In this document: in pieces, positions 10,094 through 20,032 of the stretch
Numbering within the stretch: position 1 is the first letter of the stretch
How the letters are laid out: each line of letters begins with the position of its first letter
Origin: Candidatus Omnitrophota bacterium
Lineage (GTDB): Bacteria; Omnitrophota; Gorgyraeia; Zapsychrales; Fredricksoniimonadaceae
Reading direction: 5' to 3'
DNA: 64,000 nt
Assembly (NCBI GenBank): GCA_044225175.1
Contig: JBGAJA010000002.1
Location: 728,991-792,990 of the forward strand
Made by a program: the position numbers and the translations under genes
Notes under the pieces: model-generated
Told to the model about the DNA's origin: nothing
Database searches by the model: none
The model's input: the letters and a program-made list of their open reading frames with translations, nothing else

Positions 10094-10167
10094 CGGGGCG
10101 TAGCGCAGTTGGCTAGCGCGCAACGTTCGGGACGTTGAGGTCGACGGTTCGAGCCCGTCCGTCCCGA
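10094..10167 (+). tRNA. tRNA-Pro (CGG), CCA not encoded
   Basis: Acceptor CGGGGCG/CGTCCCG, D arm TAGCGCAGTTGGCTAGCGC, anticodon arm CAACG-TTCGGGA-CGTTG, T arm GACGG-TTCGAGC-CCGTC. Confidence 0.95.
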
Positions 10168-10181
10168 TTTAATATAGGTAT

Positions 10182-10457
10182 ATGAATATGGTTCGAGCCC
10201 ATGTGATCTTCTCTGGCGCCGTTCAAGGCGTTGGCTTTCGTTTCACCACCAAAGGTTTTGCCTCCAATCTCAGGATTACTGGCTGGGTCAAGAATCTTTC
10301 TGATGGCCGTGTGGAAATGGTCGCTGAAGGGTCTCGTGAAGCTTTGGAAAATTTACTCTATAAGCTGGATAAGAAGTTTGAGGGAAGAATCACTCATAAA
10401 GATGTAGATTGGATGAACGCTAAAGGCGGTTTATCTAATTTTGATATTACCTATTAA
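10182..10457 (+). CDS. acyP: Acylphosphatase
   Basis: GAVQGVGFR and GWVKNLSDGRVE signatures. Confidence 0.93.
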   Translation: MNMVRAHVIFSGAVQGVGFRFTTKGFASNLRITGWVKNLSDGRVEMVAEGSREALENLLYKLDKKFEGRITHKDVDWMNAKGGLSNFDITY

Positions 10458-10458
10458 T

Positions 10459-12450
10459 ATGAATCCCAAACAAGCCAAAGAGCAAATTGAACACCTTTCT
10501 CACGAATTACAAGAGCACAATCATCGCTATTATGTGCTTAACCAGCCATCTATTTCTGATGAGGAATACGATGTCCTTTTAAAAAAATTGATTGCTCTCG
10601 AAGAAGAATTTCCAAAGTATAAAACACCTAATTCACCAAGCCAAAGAGTAGGTAGCAAAGTTGAAGGAAACCTGCCTGTTGTAACCCATCGTATTAAGAT
10701 GCTTTCTTTAGATAACACATATTCGATTGATGAAGTTAATGCCTGGTATGATCGAGTCATCAAAGGTTTAGGAAAAGCTCCTGGGTTGACGGTTGAACCT
10801 AAGATCGATGGAGTAAGTTGTTCATTGACTTATTCTAAAGGTCAATTAATTATGGCTGCAACCCGTGGGGATGGATCCACTGGAGAAAATGTGACCCATA
10901 ATGCCAGGACCATAAGAACAATCCCACTAGAACTTAAAGGCAAGGTTCCTAATTTGTTGGAAGTTCGTGGGGAAGTTTATATGGAAAAACAAGATTTTGC
11001 CAAAATGAACCGTGAGCGTAAGGAGAGCCAGGAAGAACTCTTTGTTAATCCTAGAAATGCAGCCAGCGGTGCTTTAAAGCTCTTGGATAGTCGTTTAACG
11101 GCTAAACGGCATTTAAAATTCTTTGCTCATTCGTTTGCTGTAATTCAAGGTGAAGCAATGCCTGAAGGTCAATGGGAATTTCTTCAGAAATGCAAAGATT
11201 ATGGGTTCTCTATAAATCCATTTAGTCATTTGTGCGCAGATCTTCAGGAAGTTCTTAGTTTTTGTCAAAGTATACAAGAGAAGAGGCAAGAGCTTTCTTA
11301 TGATGTGGATGGAATTGTGATTAAAGTTAACGATTTTAAGAGTCAAGCTCAACTGGGAACCACCCAAAAAAGTCCACGTTGGGCTGTTGCTTTTAAATTT
11401 CCCGCTTACCAAGCAACAACGACAATCAGAGAGATCAATGTTCAAGTTGGTCGTACGGGTGTAATAACGCCAGTTGCGGAATTGGAACCAGTGTTTTGCG
11501 GAGGTGTTACAATTTCAAGAGCTACATTGCATAATTTTGATGAAGTTAGACGCTTGGGAGTCAATGTTAGAGATAAAGTTTTAATTGAACGGGCAGGAGA
11601 CGTTATCCCAAAGATTGTTAAAGTTACTGAAAAGTTATCTAAAGGAAATTTTAAGTTGCCTGATAACTGTCCTTCTTGTGGGGCCAAGATCGTTAAAGAA
11701 GACTTAGAACAAGTAGCATTTAGGTGCGTTAATCATTCTTGTCCTAAACAATTAGAAGGAAGGTTGCTACATTTTGCTTCCAGGCGAGCTATGGATATTG
11801 AGGGCTTTGGAGAGGCTGTTGTGAAGCAGCTTTTAGAAAAAGGAATTCTTAAAAATTTTTCTGATATTTATCACCTGACCAAAGAAGATCTTTTAACTCT
11901 TGATTTATTCGCTGATAAAAAAGCAGAAAAATTAATAGATGCTATTGAGAAAAGCAAGAAACAATCCCTATCTCGATTGATTTATGCTCTTGGTATTGCT
12001 AATATCGGAGAGAAAGCAGCCAGTGTTCTTGCTGATCACTTCGGATCTATGCAAACGTTAATGAAGGCCCAAGCAGAAGAACTTCAATCCATTTATGAAG
12101 TAGGTCCCATCATGGCGGCAGAAGTTGTTAATTTCTTTTCTCAAAGTCAGGTTAAAAGTTTAATTAAAGATCTTGGTGAGCTTGGTTTGAATATGAACCA
12201 AGAAAAGACAATAAAGTCCGATAAGCTCGCGGGAAAGAAGTTTGTTTTTACCGGTGAGCTTGAAGGTATTAGCCGGGACCAAGCCGGAGAAATTGTTCGA
12301 AATTTAGGAGGAGAAGTGTCTTCTTCGGTCAGTTCTAAGACGGATTATGTCGTTGCAGGAGAGAGTGCAGGATCTAAATACAATAAAGCTAAACAATTAA
12401 AATTAACAATTCTCAATCTAGAACAGTTTAAGGAGTTGACTAATGGCTAA
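10459..12450 (+). CDS. ligA: NAD-dependent DNA ligase
   Basis: EPKIDG adenylation motif, TRGDG, Cys4 zinc finger, HhH repeats, BRCT. Confidence 0.97.
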   Translation: MNPKQAKEQIEHLSHELQEHNHRYYVLNQPSISDEEYDVLLKKLIALEEEFPKYKTPNSPSQRVGSKVEGNLPVVTHRIKMLSLDNTYSIDEVNAWYDRVIKGLGKAPGLTVEPKIDGVSCSLTYSKGQLIMAATRGDGSTGENVTHNARTIRTIPLELKGKVPNLLEVRGEVYMEKQDFAKMNRERKESQEELFVNPRNAASGALKLLDSRLTAKRHLKFFAHSFAVIQGEAMPEGQWEFLQKCKDYGFSINPFSHLCADLQEVLSFCQSIQEKRQELSYDVDGIVIKVNDFKSQAQLGTTQKSPRWAVAFKFPAYQATTTIREINVQVGRTGVITPVAELEPVFCGGVTISRATLHNFDEVRRLGVNVRDKVLIERAGDVIPKIVKVTEKLSKGNFKLPDNCPSCGAKIVKEDLEQVAFRCVNHSCPKQLEGRLLHFASRRAMDIEGFGEAVVKQLLEKGILKNFSDIYHLTKEDLLTLDLFADKKAEKLIDAIEKSKKQSLSRLIYALGIANIGEKAASVLADHFGSMQTLMKAQAEELQSIYEVGPIMAAEVVNFFSQSQVKSLIKDLGELGLNMNQEKTIKSDKLAGKKFVFTGELEGISRDQAGEIVRNLGGEVSSSVSSKTDYVVAGESAGSKYNKAKQLKLTILNLEQFKELTNG

Positions 12451-12967
12451 ACGCCTTTTGAATCGTTCCATGCTCGTGAATGTCGTATTAATGTTGATAG
12501 TGGTTTTATGTTTGTCATCTTGTGAGGCATGGCGTAAGAAATTTATACGTCATAAAAAAGAAGGTGCAAATCCAGCATCGGAAGCACAGCCAATTCTTGA
12601 GCCGCAAGAATATCCTGCTCTAGAGAATAATGCCCCAGAGCTTTATAAACAGCATTATGCTCTTATTAAAGTTTGGTATAAGGACTTGTGGACTGGGATT
12701 GAAGAAAGGAATACCGATTCTTCCGTGAGATATGGCATTAAGCAGATTAATGAACATCTTGAAGAAATGAAGAAGTTATTAAAGCCTGAAAAGGTTGCAG
12801 ATTTAAATAAATTATCAGATTTGCTTAAATTTTATCAAACATCATTAGATCAGCCCAGAATGGTTCGTAATTATGCCAGGATTCAAAGTGATCTTCGTGC
12901 TTTTGACCGTCTGCTTAGAAAAGAGTTTCGCCAAGATGCGGTTAAAGAGGATTTGCTCCTTAAATGA
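12443..12967 (+). CDS. Putative lipoprotein
   Basis: Signal peptide ending in LSSC lipobox; helical mature part. Confidence 0.6.
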   Translation: MAKRLLNRSMLVNVVLMLIVVLCLSSCEAWRKKFIRHKKEGANPASEAQPILEPQEYPALENNAPELYKQHYALIKVWYKDLWTGIEERNTDSSVRYGIKQINEHLEEMKKLLKPEKVADLNKLSDLLKFYQTSLDQPRMVRNYARIQSDLRAFDRLLRKEFRQDAVKEDLLLK

Positions 12968-13851
12968 AAGATCTAATTGGTGAATTTATCAATTACCTCT
13001 CTGTTGAGCGGGGATTAGCTAAAAACACTCTTTTGGCTTATACAAAAGATTTGGAGAAATATACCGTGTTTCTTTCGGGTTCTAAGATCCAATCTCCTGA
13101 TCAAGTAAAACGTGAGCACGTCACAAATTTTATGATGAAGCTAAAGAAAGATGGAATGTCAGCCACATCCATTTGCCGTCATTTGGCGGCGGTCAAGATG
13201 TTCCATCGTTTTATGGTCAGGGAAAGCTTTTCTAAAGAAGATCCAACTACTTTGATTGATACTCCTAAGCTTTTTAAAAGAGTCCCTGAGGTTCTGACTC
13301 AAAAGGAAATTGAAGCTATTTTAGAAGCTGCACAGAAAGTTAAATCGAAAGATCAACGAGATTATGTAATTATTGAATTATTTTATGCTTCTGGCATGCG
13401 TGTTTCAGAGTTGGTAGATTTGAAGATGACAAGTGTAAATTTTGATGTTGGCTTTGTACGGGCGATGGGAAAGGGCAGTAAGGAAAGGATCATTCCTATT
13501 GGCAAGAAAGCACTCCAAGCACTCACGTTTTACTGTGACAAAATTCGTCCACGATTGCTTAAGAAAACTTCGACAGATATCTTGTTCTTAAGCCGTTTAG
13601 GAAAGAGGCTGAGTCGACAAAGTGTATGGAGCGTCATTAAAAGCTATGCTCGTTTAGCTGGAATCAAGAAGAATATTAAGCCCCATACATTGCGACATAC
13701 ATTTGCAACTCATCTGCTAGAGCATGGAGCAGATTTACGTTCAGTTCAAGAAATGCTAGGACATTCTGATATTTCGACGACACAAATTTATACCCATGTG
13801 GATCGCGAACGTTTAAAGAGTGTGCATAAAGAATTTCATCCGCGTGGATAA
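12964..13851 (+). CDS. xerD: Site-specific tyrosine recombinase XerD
   Basis: ERGLAKNT..AY, GMRVSEL, GKGSKER, HTLRHTFATHLL, LGHSDISTTQIYTH. Confidence 0.93.
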   Translation: MKDLIGEFINYLSVERGLAKNTLLAYTKDLEKYTVFLSGSKIQSPDQVKREHVTNFMMKLKKDGMSATSICRHLAAVKMFHRFMVRESFSKEDPTTLIDTPKLFKRVPEVLTQKEIEAILEAAQKVKSKDQRDYVIIELFYASGMRVSELVDLKMTSVNFDVGFVRAMGKGSKERIIPIGKKALQALTFYCDKIRPRLLKKTSTDILFLSRLGKRLSRQSVWSVIKSYARLAGIKKNIKPHTLRHTFATHLLEHGADLRSVQEMLGHSDISTTQIYTHVDRERLKSVHKEFHPRG

Positions 13852-13855
13852 GATT

Positions 13856-14581
13856 ATGAAAAATATACTTACCAAATTGGATCATCAAACAAGCAAAATT
13901 CTTAAAGACATTGGCCAGTTAGCCAGTGAGCTGGATGTTCGTGTCTATTTAGTGGGCGGCCCTGTCAGAGATCTTCTTTTAGGAAAAGATAATTTAGATA
14001 TCGATGTAACCGTTGAAGGTAATGCTATTCGTTTGGCAGAGATTTTTGGTAAAACTCACCAAGCAAAAGAAATTGTTCGTTATCAAGCATTTAAAACAGC
14101 TACTGTATCCTTGTCCAAGGATCAGATCGTTGATTTTGCTACAGCTAGGAAAGAGGTGTATATTCGTCCTGGGGCTTTTCCAACTGTCACTCCTTCAACT
14201 ATTGAGGATGATCTTTATAGAAGAGATTTTACAATCAATGCAATTGCGATCAGTATTAATTTTGAAACATGGGGTAAGATGGTGGATCCCTATGGTGGCC
14301 AGGCTGATTTGAAAGCTAAGAAGATTCGCATCCTTCATCCTAAGAGTTTCGAAGATGACCCTACTCGAATCCTTCGAGCTGCTCGATTTAAAGCCCGTCT
14401 AGGGTTTACAATGGAGAAAAAAACTCTCCAGATTCTGGAGAAATCTGTCCATGGGGGAGCTTTAGAAACAATTAAGAAACAAAGGTATAGAAAAGATTTA
14501 GAGAAAATATTAAAAGAACCAAAATCAAAAGATGTGATCCAATGTTTAAAATCATGGAACGCTTATAAAGAGGAGAAATAA
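13856..14581 (+). CDS. Compact class II tRNA nucleotidyltransferase (CCA/A-adding type)
   Basis: LVGGPVRD, DIDV, ARKEVY.RPGA.P, DLYRRDFTINA, EDDPTRILRAARF. Confidence 0.85.
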   Translation: MKNILTKLDHQTSKILKDIGQLASELDVRVYLVGGPVRDLLLGKDNLDIDVTVEGNAIRLAEIFGKTHQAKEIVRYQAFKTATVSLSKDQIVDFATARKEVYIRPGAFPTVTPSTIEDDLYRRDFTINAIAISINFETWGKMVDPYGGQADLKAKKIRILHPKSFEDDPTRILRAARFKARLGFTMEKKTLQILEKSVHGGALETIKKQRYRKDLEKILKEPKSKDVIQCLKSWNAYKEEK

Positions 14582-14582
14582 C

Positions 14583-14942
14583 ATGCGTATTGATCGAGTC
14601 AATGAGGTCATTAAACGAGAGCTTGGGAACATGTTTTTAATGGGTGAAATTAATGATCCAAGAGTTCGTTTGGTGACCATTTTAAACGTGGATGTCAGTA
14701 AGGATCTTCAACATGCTCGTGTGAGATTCAGTGTTCTAAGCGACGATCCTAAAGATATTAAGAATGCCACAGAAGGGTTAAAAAATAGCAGTGGTTTTAT
14801 CCGTAAAATAATCGCTTCAAAAGTGGTATTACGTTACATTCCTGAGTTTCAGTTTATTTTTGATAAAGGTATCTCCCATGCAGCAAAGATTGATGCGACA
14901 TTAGAAGAAATTAAAAATACATTAACCAAAGGTAAATCATGA
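14583..14942 (+). CDS. rbfA: Ribosome-binding factor A
   Basis: RIDRVNE, DPRV, SKDLQHA, LRYIPEFQFIFD. Confidence 0.95.
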   Translation: MRIDRVNEVIKRELGNMFLMGEINDPRVRLVTILNVDVSKDLQHARVRFSVLSDDPKDIKNATEGLKNSSGFIRKIIASKVVLRYIPEFQFIFDKGISHAAKIDATLEEIKNTLTKGKS

Positions 14943-15901
14943 GTTCATTAAAACAAGTTTGGTCGCATATTAAGAAGTATAAGAGTTTTTTAATTTGCAC
15001 TCATCATAACCCAGATGCGGATGCTGCTTCTTCAGCTCTAAGTATGGCTCTTGTCTTAAAAAAGATGGGCAAGAAAACGCATATTGTCAATGATGACAAT
15101 CTCCCTGAGTGGCTGGGGTTTTTGCCTGGCGCTAAGAGCTTTAAAAAGAGAGCGGACATTAAAAAGATTCCAAGCTTTGACTGTGTCATCATTCTAGATG
15201 CGGGTGAAATTGATCGTATTGGTGGTGTACGTAAATGGATTACTGGTCAAAGCATCATTAATATCGATCATCATGTAACCAATGATAATTTTGGCTTACT
15301 TAATGTGGTGTGGCCCAAAGCTTCTTCTACATGCGAAGTACTCTTTGATTTATTTAAAGAAGCTAAGGTCAAGATGAATAAAGATTTGGCTGTGCTTTTA
15401 TATGCTGGAATTATGACGGATACAGGGTCATTTCGTTTTGAGAATACCAATTCAACGACCCATGCCATTGCCAGTGAGTTGTTGAAATTTGGATTATCAG
15501 TCTCTGATTTACACAGCCGTTTGTATGTGGGAATTCCTGTCAAAGACATTCGAGGGTTTATCGGTGTTATTCATAACTCCGAGCTTCTTTTAAATAATAA
15601 GGTCTATTGTGTTATGTTGCCTCAGTCAATCACGCAGTCTTTTTCAAAGAAATTTGATTTGAAGGAAAAGATTTTTAGTTTCTTGCGTTCAGTGGAGGGA
15701 ATTGAGGTTGTGGTGATTCTCCATGAACTAAATTCAAAACTTACTCGAGTGAACTTACGCAGCCAGAATAATTTTGATGTAGCCAAGCTGGCTAGCCAAT
15801 TTCAAGGTGGCGGCCACAGAAAAGCAGCCGGTGCCAAAATAGATGCTAATTTAAACGAATCCAAGAAAAAGATTTTGACTGCAATTAGGAAAGCTTTATG
15901 A
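14939..15901 (+). CDS. nrnA: DHH/DHHA1 phosphoesterase (NrnA)
   Basis: HHNPDADA, IDHH, TDTGSF, GGGHRKAAG; rbfA-truB context. Confidence 0.9.
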   Translation: MSSLKQVWSHIKKYKSFLICTHHNPDADAASSALSMALVLKKMGKKTHIVNDDNLPEWLGFLPGAKSFKKRADIKKIPSFDCVIILDAGEIDRIGGVRKWITGQSIINIDHHVTNDNFGLLNVVWPKASSTCEVLFDLFKEAKVKMNKDLAVLLYAGIMTDTGSFRFENTNSTTHAIASELLKFGLSVSDLHSRLYVGIPVKDIRGFIGVIHNSELLLNNKVYCVMLPQSITQSFSKKFDLKEKIFSFLRSVEGIEVVVILHELNSKLTRVNLRSQNNFDVAKLASQFQGGGHRKAAGAKIDANLNESKKKILTAIRKAL

Positions 15902-16961
15902 AGAATCAAGTAATCAAAAAGAGAATGGCGGGTGGGTATCAAAAGTTAATAACAGATATAGCGGGCATTATTACGTATGGACGTAATCAGAGCATTCAAG
16001 CTATTGATGTAATACAAGCGCAAACATATTGGTGTATTGGCAAAGAGATTGTCGAATATGAACAGGGTGGAAAAACACGTGCTGAATATGGTGATGGTTT
16101 AATAACACGGCTTTCATTGGATATGATGAAACGCTTTGGCAAAGGATTTTCTGAGACAAATCTTAAAATGATGAGATTGTTTTATCAGTCGTTTCCAATT
16201 CGTCAGTCGGTGTCTGACAAATCAATGAAAAACGAAGTTCGGCAAATTCGTCAGACACTGTCTGACGAATTTAAACCAAAGCTTTCATGGTCGCACTATT
16301 GCGAATTACTGAAGGAAGATAATCTTCAAGCCAGGGCTTTTTATGAAATTGAAGCTTCCGAAAATGGATGGTCAATGCGTGAGCTTAGGCGACAGATGGA
16401 TTCGCTTTTATATGAGAGGCTTGCTTTGAGTCGTAATAAGCAAAAGGTTAAAGCGCTGGCACGCAAGGGGCAGATCATTGAAAAACCTGAGGATGCTGTC
16501 AAAGATCCATATATTTTAGAATTCTTGGGCCTTAAAGAAGAAAATGAATATACAGAAAGCCAGCTTGAAAGTGCAAGTATTGATAAGCTTCAGCATTTTT
16601 TACTTGAAATGGGAAAGGGTTTTACCTTTGTTGCTCGTCAGAAGCGCATCACTATGATCAATCGGCATTATTTCATTGATCTCGTTTTATATAATCGATT
16701 CCTTAAATGTTTGTGCTTGTAGATTTTAAACGTGGTGAATTGACTCATGCCGATGCGGGACAGATGAATTTTTATCTGAATTACTTTCGTGACAATGAAA
16801 TGGCTCAAGGGGAAAATCCTCCGATTGGGATTATTCTTTGTTCGAAAAAACATGCTGTCTATGCCAAGTATGTTCTTGGAAATTTAAACAATAAAATATT
16901 TGCTTCAAAATATAAGTTAAGTTTGCCGACAGAGAAGGAATTATCCATATTAGTCGATTAA
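15898..16961 (+). pseudogene. YhcG/DUF1016 PDDEXK nuclease gene split by a 1-nt frameshift
   Basis: YWCIG.EI, LSWSHY, KDPYILEFLG, FVARQKRI, IDLVLYNRFLKC continues in another frame as FVLVDFKRG...GQMNFY...PIGIILC; one T missing at 16710-16712. Confidence 0.85.
16244..16272. repeat. Perfect 29-bp palindrome inside yhcG (degenerate second copy at ~16197-16223)
   Basis: AAATTCGTCAGACA-C-TGTCTGACGAATTT. Confidence 0.9.
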
Positions 16962-16975
16962 TTTTGGGAGATGAC

Positions 16976-17641
16976 ATGAAAGAAGGGATTTTGATTATTA
17001 ATAAACCACCAGGAATCACATCTCACGATGTGGTTTCTCGAGTGCGTCGGACATTCAATATGAAACAAGTAGGGCATGCGGGTACACTTGATCCTTTAGC
17101 AACGGGAGTATTGATTATTCTGTTGGGCAAGGCAACTAAGCTTTTTGATCGATTCGTGGCTTTTGATAAGAGCTATCGAGCAACATTAAAGTTGGGCCTT
17201 AAAACGACTTCTGCAGATATTATGGGTGCGACGATCGAAGAAAAACCTTTTAATGAAATTGATGAGAACCAAGTCAGGCAGGTATTTGAAAGGTTTACAG
17301 GAGATATTGAACAAATGCCGCCTATGGTTTCTGCAGTGAAACATAAGGGTGAGCGTCTCTATAAGATTGCGCGTAAAGGAAAACAAGTAGAGAGAATTGC
17401 TCGAAAAGTTAGGATTGATGAATTAAAAATTTTGAAATTTGATAGCCCATCAGTTGAGTTTCTTATGTCCTGCTCTAAAGGAACCTATGTTCGTCAACTG
17501 GCGGAAGATGTGGGTGATGTATTAGGCTGCGGGGCGTGTATTTCACAAATTGAACGAACACGCGTGGGTCATTTTGATATTAAAGACTCGATCAAGCTTG
17601 AGGAACTTAATGAAAGTCATATACGACCTTGGAACAACTAA
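16976..17641 (+). CDS. truB: tRNA pseudouridine(55) synthase
   Basis: KPPGITSHDVV, GHAGTLDPLATG, CSKGTYVR. Confidence 0.97.
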   Translation: MKEGILIINKPPGITSHDVVSRVRRTFNMKQVGHAGTLDPLATGVLIILLGKATKLFDRFVAFDKSYRATLKLGLKTTSADIMGATIEEKPFNEIDENQVRQVFERFTGDIEQMPPMVSAVKHKGERLYKIARKGKQVERIARKVRIDELKILKFDSPSVEFLMSCSKGTYVRQLAEDVGDVLGCGACISQIERTRVGHFDIKDSIKLEELNESHIRPWNN

Positions 17642-18536
17642 GCTAAAGTCAACAGTCGTTGCAATCGGTGTTTTCGATGGTGTTCATCGTGGTCACCAGC
17701 TTTTAATTGATAATGCTGTGAAAGAGGCTAAGAGGACTAAAGCTAAGTCGATGGTGATTACATTCTTTCCTCATCCAGCCCATGTACTATCTAAGAATAG
17801 CCAATTACCTTATCTGATGTCTTTAGAACAACGCCTAGAGACTTTTAAATCCAGAGGTGTCGATCTGGTCTGGGTCGTGCGTTTTAATAAGCGTTTTGCT
17901 CAGATCAATCCAAGGTCTTTTATTAAGAAGATCTTGGTACAAAACTTAGGTGTAAAATCTATTTATGTGGGAGAGAATTTCCGTTTTGGCCGTAATCGAA
18001 GTGGAGACATTGATCTGTTTAAAGAGATGTCCAAAGACTTTGGTTTTCAGATTCATCCTTTAAAACCTATCAAAGCAGCAGGGGAGATCATTAGCTCTGG
18101 ACGTTTACGAGCGTTAATTCCTCAAGGGCAGTTGAAACAGGCTGAACGATTATTAGGTCGTCCCGTCTCAATTTTAGGTGAAGTCGTTAAAGGTTCCTCT
18201 CGTGGAAAATTGTTAGGGTACCCAACAGCCAATGTTCAATACAATTGCGATGTTCTTCCGCCAAAGGGTGTATATGCAGTTAGGATTACATGGAAGAATA
18301 AGGTTTATTTTGGTATGGCTAATTTAGGAGTAAGGCCTTCTTTTAAAGAAAATGATCCAAAGCCTCTTTTGGAAGTAAACATATTTGATTTTAATAAGAA
18401 TCTTTATGGGCAGAAGATTCTAGTCGAATTTCTTAAGAAAACTCGAGATGAGCGCTCTTTTTCTTCGAAAGAAGCTTTGATTGGTCAAATTCAAAAAGAT
18501 GAACGCATGATCCGTAGTTTCACTGCCTCGTTATAA
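17610..18536 (+). CDS. ribF: Bifunctional riboflavin kinase/FAD synthetase
   Basis: IGVFDGVHRGHQ, ISS, GYPTAN, GVRPS. Confidence 0.96.
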   Translation: MKVIYDLGTTKLKSTVVAIGVFDGVHRGHQLLIDNAVKEAKRTKAKSMVITFFPHPAHVLSKNSQLPYLMSLEQRLETFKSRGVDLVWVVRFNKRFAQINPRSFIKKILVQNLGVKSIYVGENFRFGRNRSGDIDLFKEMSKDFGFQIHPLKPIKAAGEIISSGRLRALIPQGQLKQAERLLGRPVSILGEVVKGSSRGKLLGYPTANVQYNCDVLPPKGVYAVRITWKNKVYFGMANLGVRPSFKENDPKPLLEVNIFDFNKNLYGQKILVEFLKKTRDERSFSSKEALIGQIQKDERMIRSFTASL

Positions 18537-19868
18537 ATTCTTCAATAATAAACTCTGTTCTTTACGTTCAAATCTTCCGGATAACTTCTCTAAGTGTTTA
18601 CTGATAATTTTATATTCTTGCGATTCATGAATGGGAATATCTTCCTGTCCTAAATGTTCAATGGCGTTAATCACATCTTCTAGTCTAATATCATTGATCG
18701 TACGAGCAGGATGGTAGGCGAATATTTTATTATCATCGACGTAAATCTTACAAAGTAAGTTGGATTCGACTAAATCAAAAGTAACCTGTTGAGCTAAGCG
18801 GGCTGGAATATGCAAATGTTCGGCTATTTGTTGAATGGTACATGGTTTTTCTCCACGCTCAAAATCTTTGACACATCTGTATGTAATTAATAAGGCGACT
18901 AGTTTACGCAAAGATGGACTTGGTGTGATGTTTTCAGGCTCAAACTCGTAAGTTTTTAAATACTGCCTGGCAAAAGAAATTTCCGCACCAAAAAGAAGGA
19001 TCATCCAGCTTAGTTGAAGCCAGACTAAGAAGAGAGGAACTGCAGCTAGACTTCCATAAATAGCATTAGCGTTATTAATCCACACTTGAAAAATAATATA
19101 ACTCCATTGAGTTACTTGATAGAGGGTTCCTGCAATGAATCCTCCCCAAAGTGCAGAAATAAAGTTGACTTGAGTGTTGGGCATAAAAATATAAATGAAT
19201 GTGAACACCAGCCAAATGACGAGAAATGGAATAAAAAAGAAAGCAGCATAGATCAAAGGAACAAGGGGGCCTAAGTATGTAAAATTTTGTGCAATGCTAT
19301 GGACTTGGGTCGATATAAAAACAACAGCGCTGCCTGAACATACCAGAAGCAAAGGACAGATGAGAAATACAGCTAAATAATCACTTAATTTTCTAAGTAT
19401 TGGTTTTCCTTCTTTGATGCCCCAAATATCGTTGAAGGCTTCTTCGATTGTCGTTAATGTTTTAAAGACTCCCCAGAGTAAAAGAGCAAGGCCAATTCCT
19501 GCGAAAACTGTTCCATGGCTTTTTTCAACATACGCTTGAGCCATGTTAAAGATTGCATCAATGAGTTCTTTGTGGGTAGGGAGATTGTGATCAAGTTGTT
19601 CTTTAAGAGTCCCTTCCAGACCAAATCCTTTCATAAGTCCATAAAGCAATGTCATGGAAGGAACAAGTGCGAGGATAGAATAATACGTCATGGAAGCTGC
19701 CTGCAAACGGCTATGCTGCTGATCAAATTTACGCAAAGCCAGAAGAACAGTCTTTAACTGGCGCAACCCAAAGGATTTGAAGAAAGAGAATTTTTCTTCT
19801 GATGTCTTCCAGATATCTTTGGTGAGGAATTGATTTAAGTTTTTGAGTTTATTTTTGATCATAAGCAT
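18531..19868 (-). CDS. YihY/virulence factor BrkB family membrane protein with C-terminal wHTH-like extension
   Basis: AASMTYYSILALVP, IEEAFNDIW, IYGSLAAVPLFLVWLQLSWMILLFGAE. Confidence 0.88.
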   Translation of the reverse strand: MLMIKNKLKNLNQFLTKDIWKTSEEKFSFFKSFGLRQLKTVLLALRKFDQQHSRLQAASMTYYSILALVPSMTLLYGLMKGFGLEGTLKEQLDHNLPTHKELIDAIFNMAQAYVEKSHGTVFAGIGLALLLWGVFKTLTTIEEAFNDIWGIKEGKPILRKLSDYLAVFLICPLLLVCSGSAVVFISTQVHSIAQNFTYLGPLVPLIYAAFFFIPFLVIWLVFTFIYIFMPNTQVNFISALWGGFIAGTLYQVTQWSYIIFQVWINNANAIYGSLAAVPLFLVWLQLSWMILLFGAEISFARQYLKTYEFEPENITPSPSLRKLVALLITYRCVKDFERGEKPCTIQQIAEHLHIPARLAQQVTFDLVESNLLCKIYVDDNKIFAYHPARTINDIRLEDVINAIEHLGQEDIPIHESQEYKIISKHLEKLSGRFERKEQSLLLKNL

Positions 19869-20032
19869 TTAAGAATATTCGGCATATTCATTTTAGCGTT
19901 TTTACATTAATTAAAGATTAAGAACGTGTTTAAAATCAAGAAACCGCTTTCTAAGGCCAGACTCGCCTGACCCGCCTGCCTGATTTGCATTTTAAGTATT
20001 TATATGCTTTACTTGATGTAATATTAAAGCCT

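Noticed and set aside
12964-13851. Tyrosine recombinase as an integrase of a mobile element
   Set aside because: Typical XerD sequence in a housekeeping operon; no att duplication of either tRNA end was noticed.
18531-18536. TTATAA overlap of the ribF and yihY stop codons (also TTAA at 43336-43339)
   Set aside because: Ordinary convergent stop-codon overlap in a compact genome.
19985-20032. TTG start of the giant ORF given in the track
   Set aside because: ATG 20033 yields a proper signal peptide; the upstream stretch looks like AT-rich promoter DNA.
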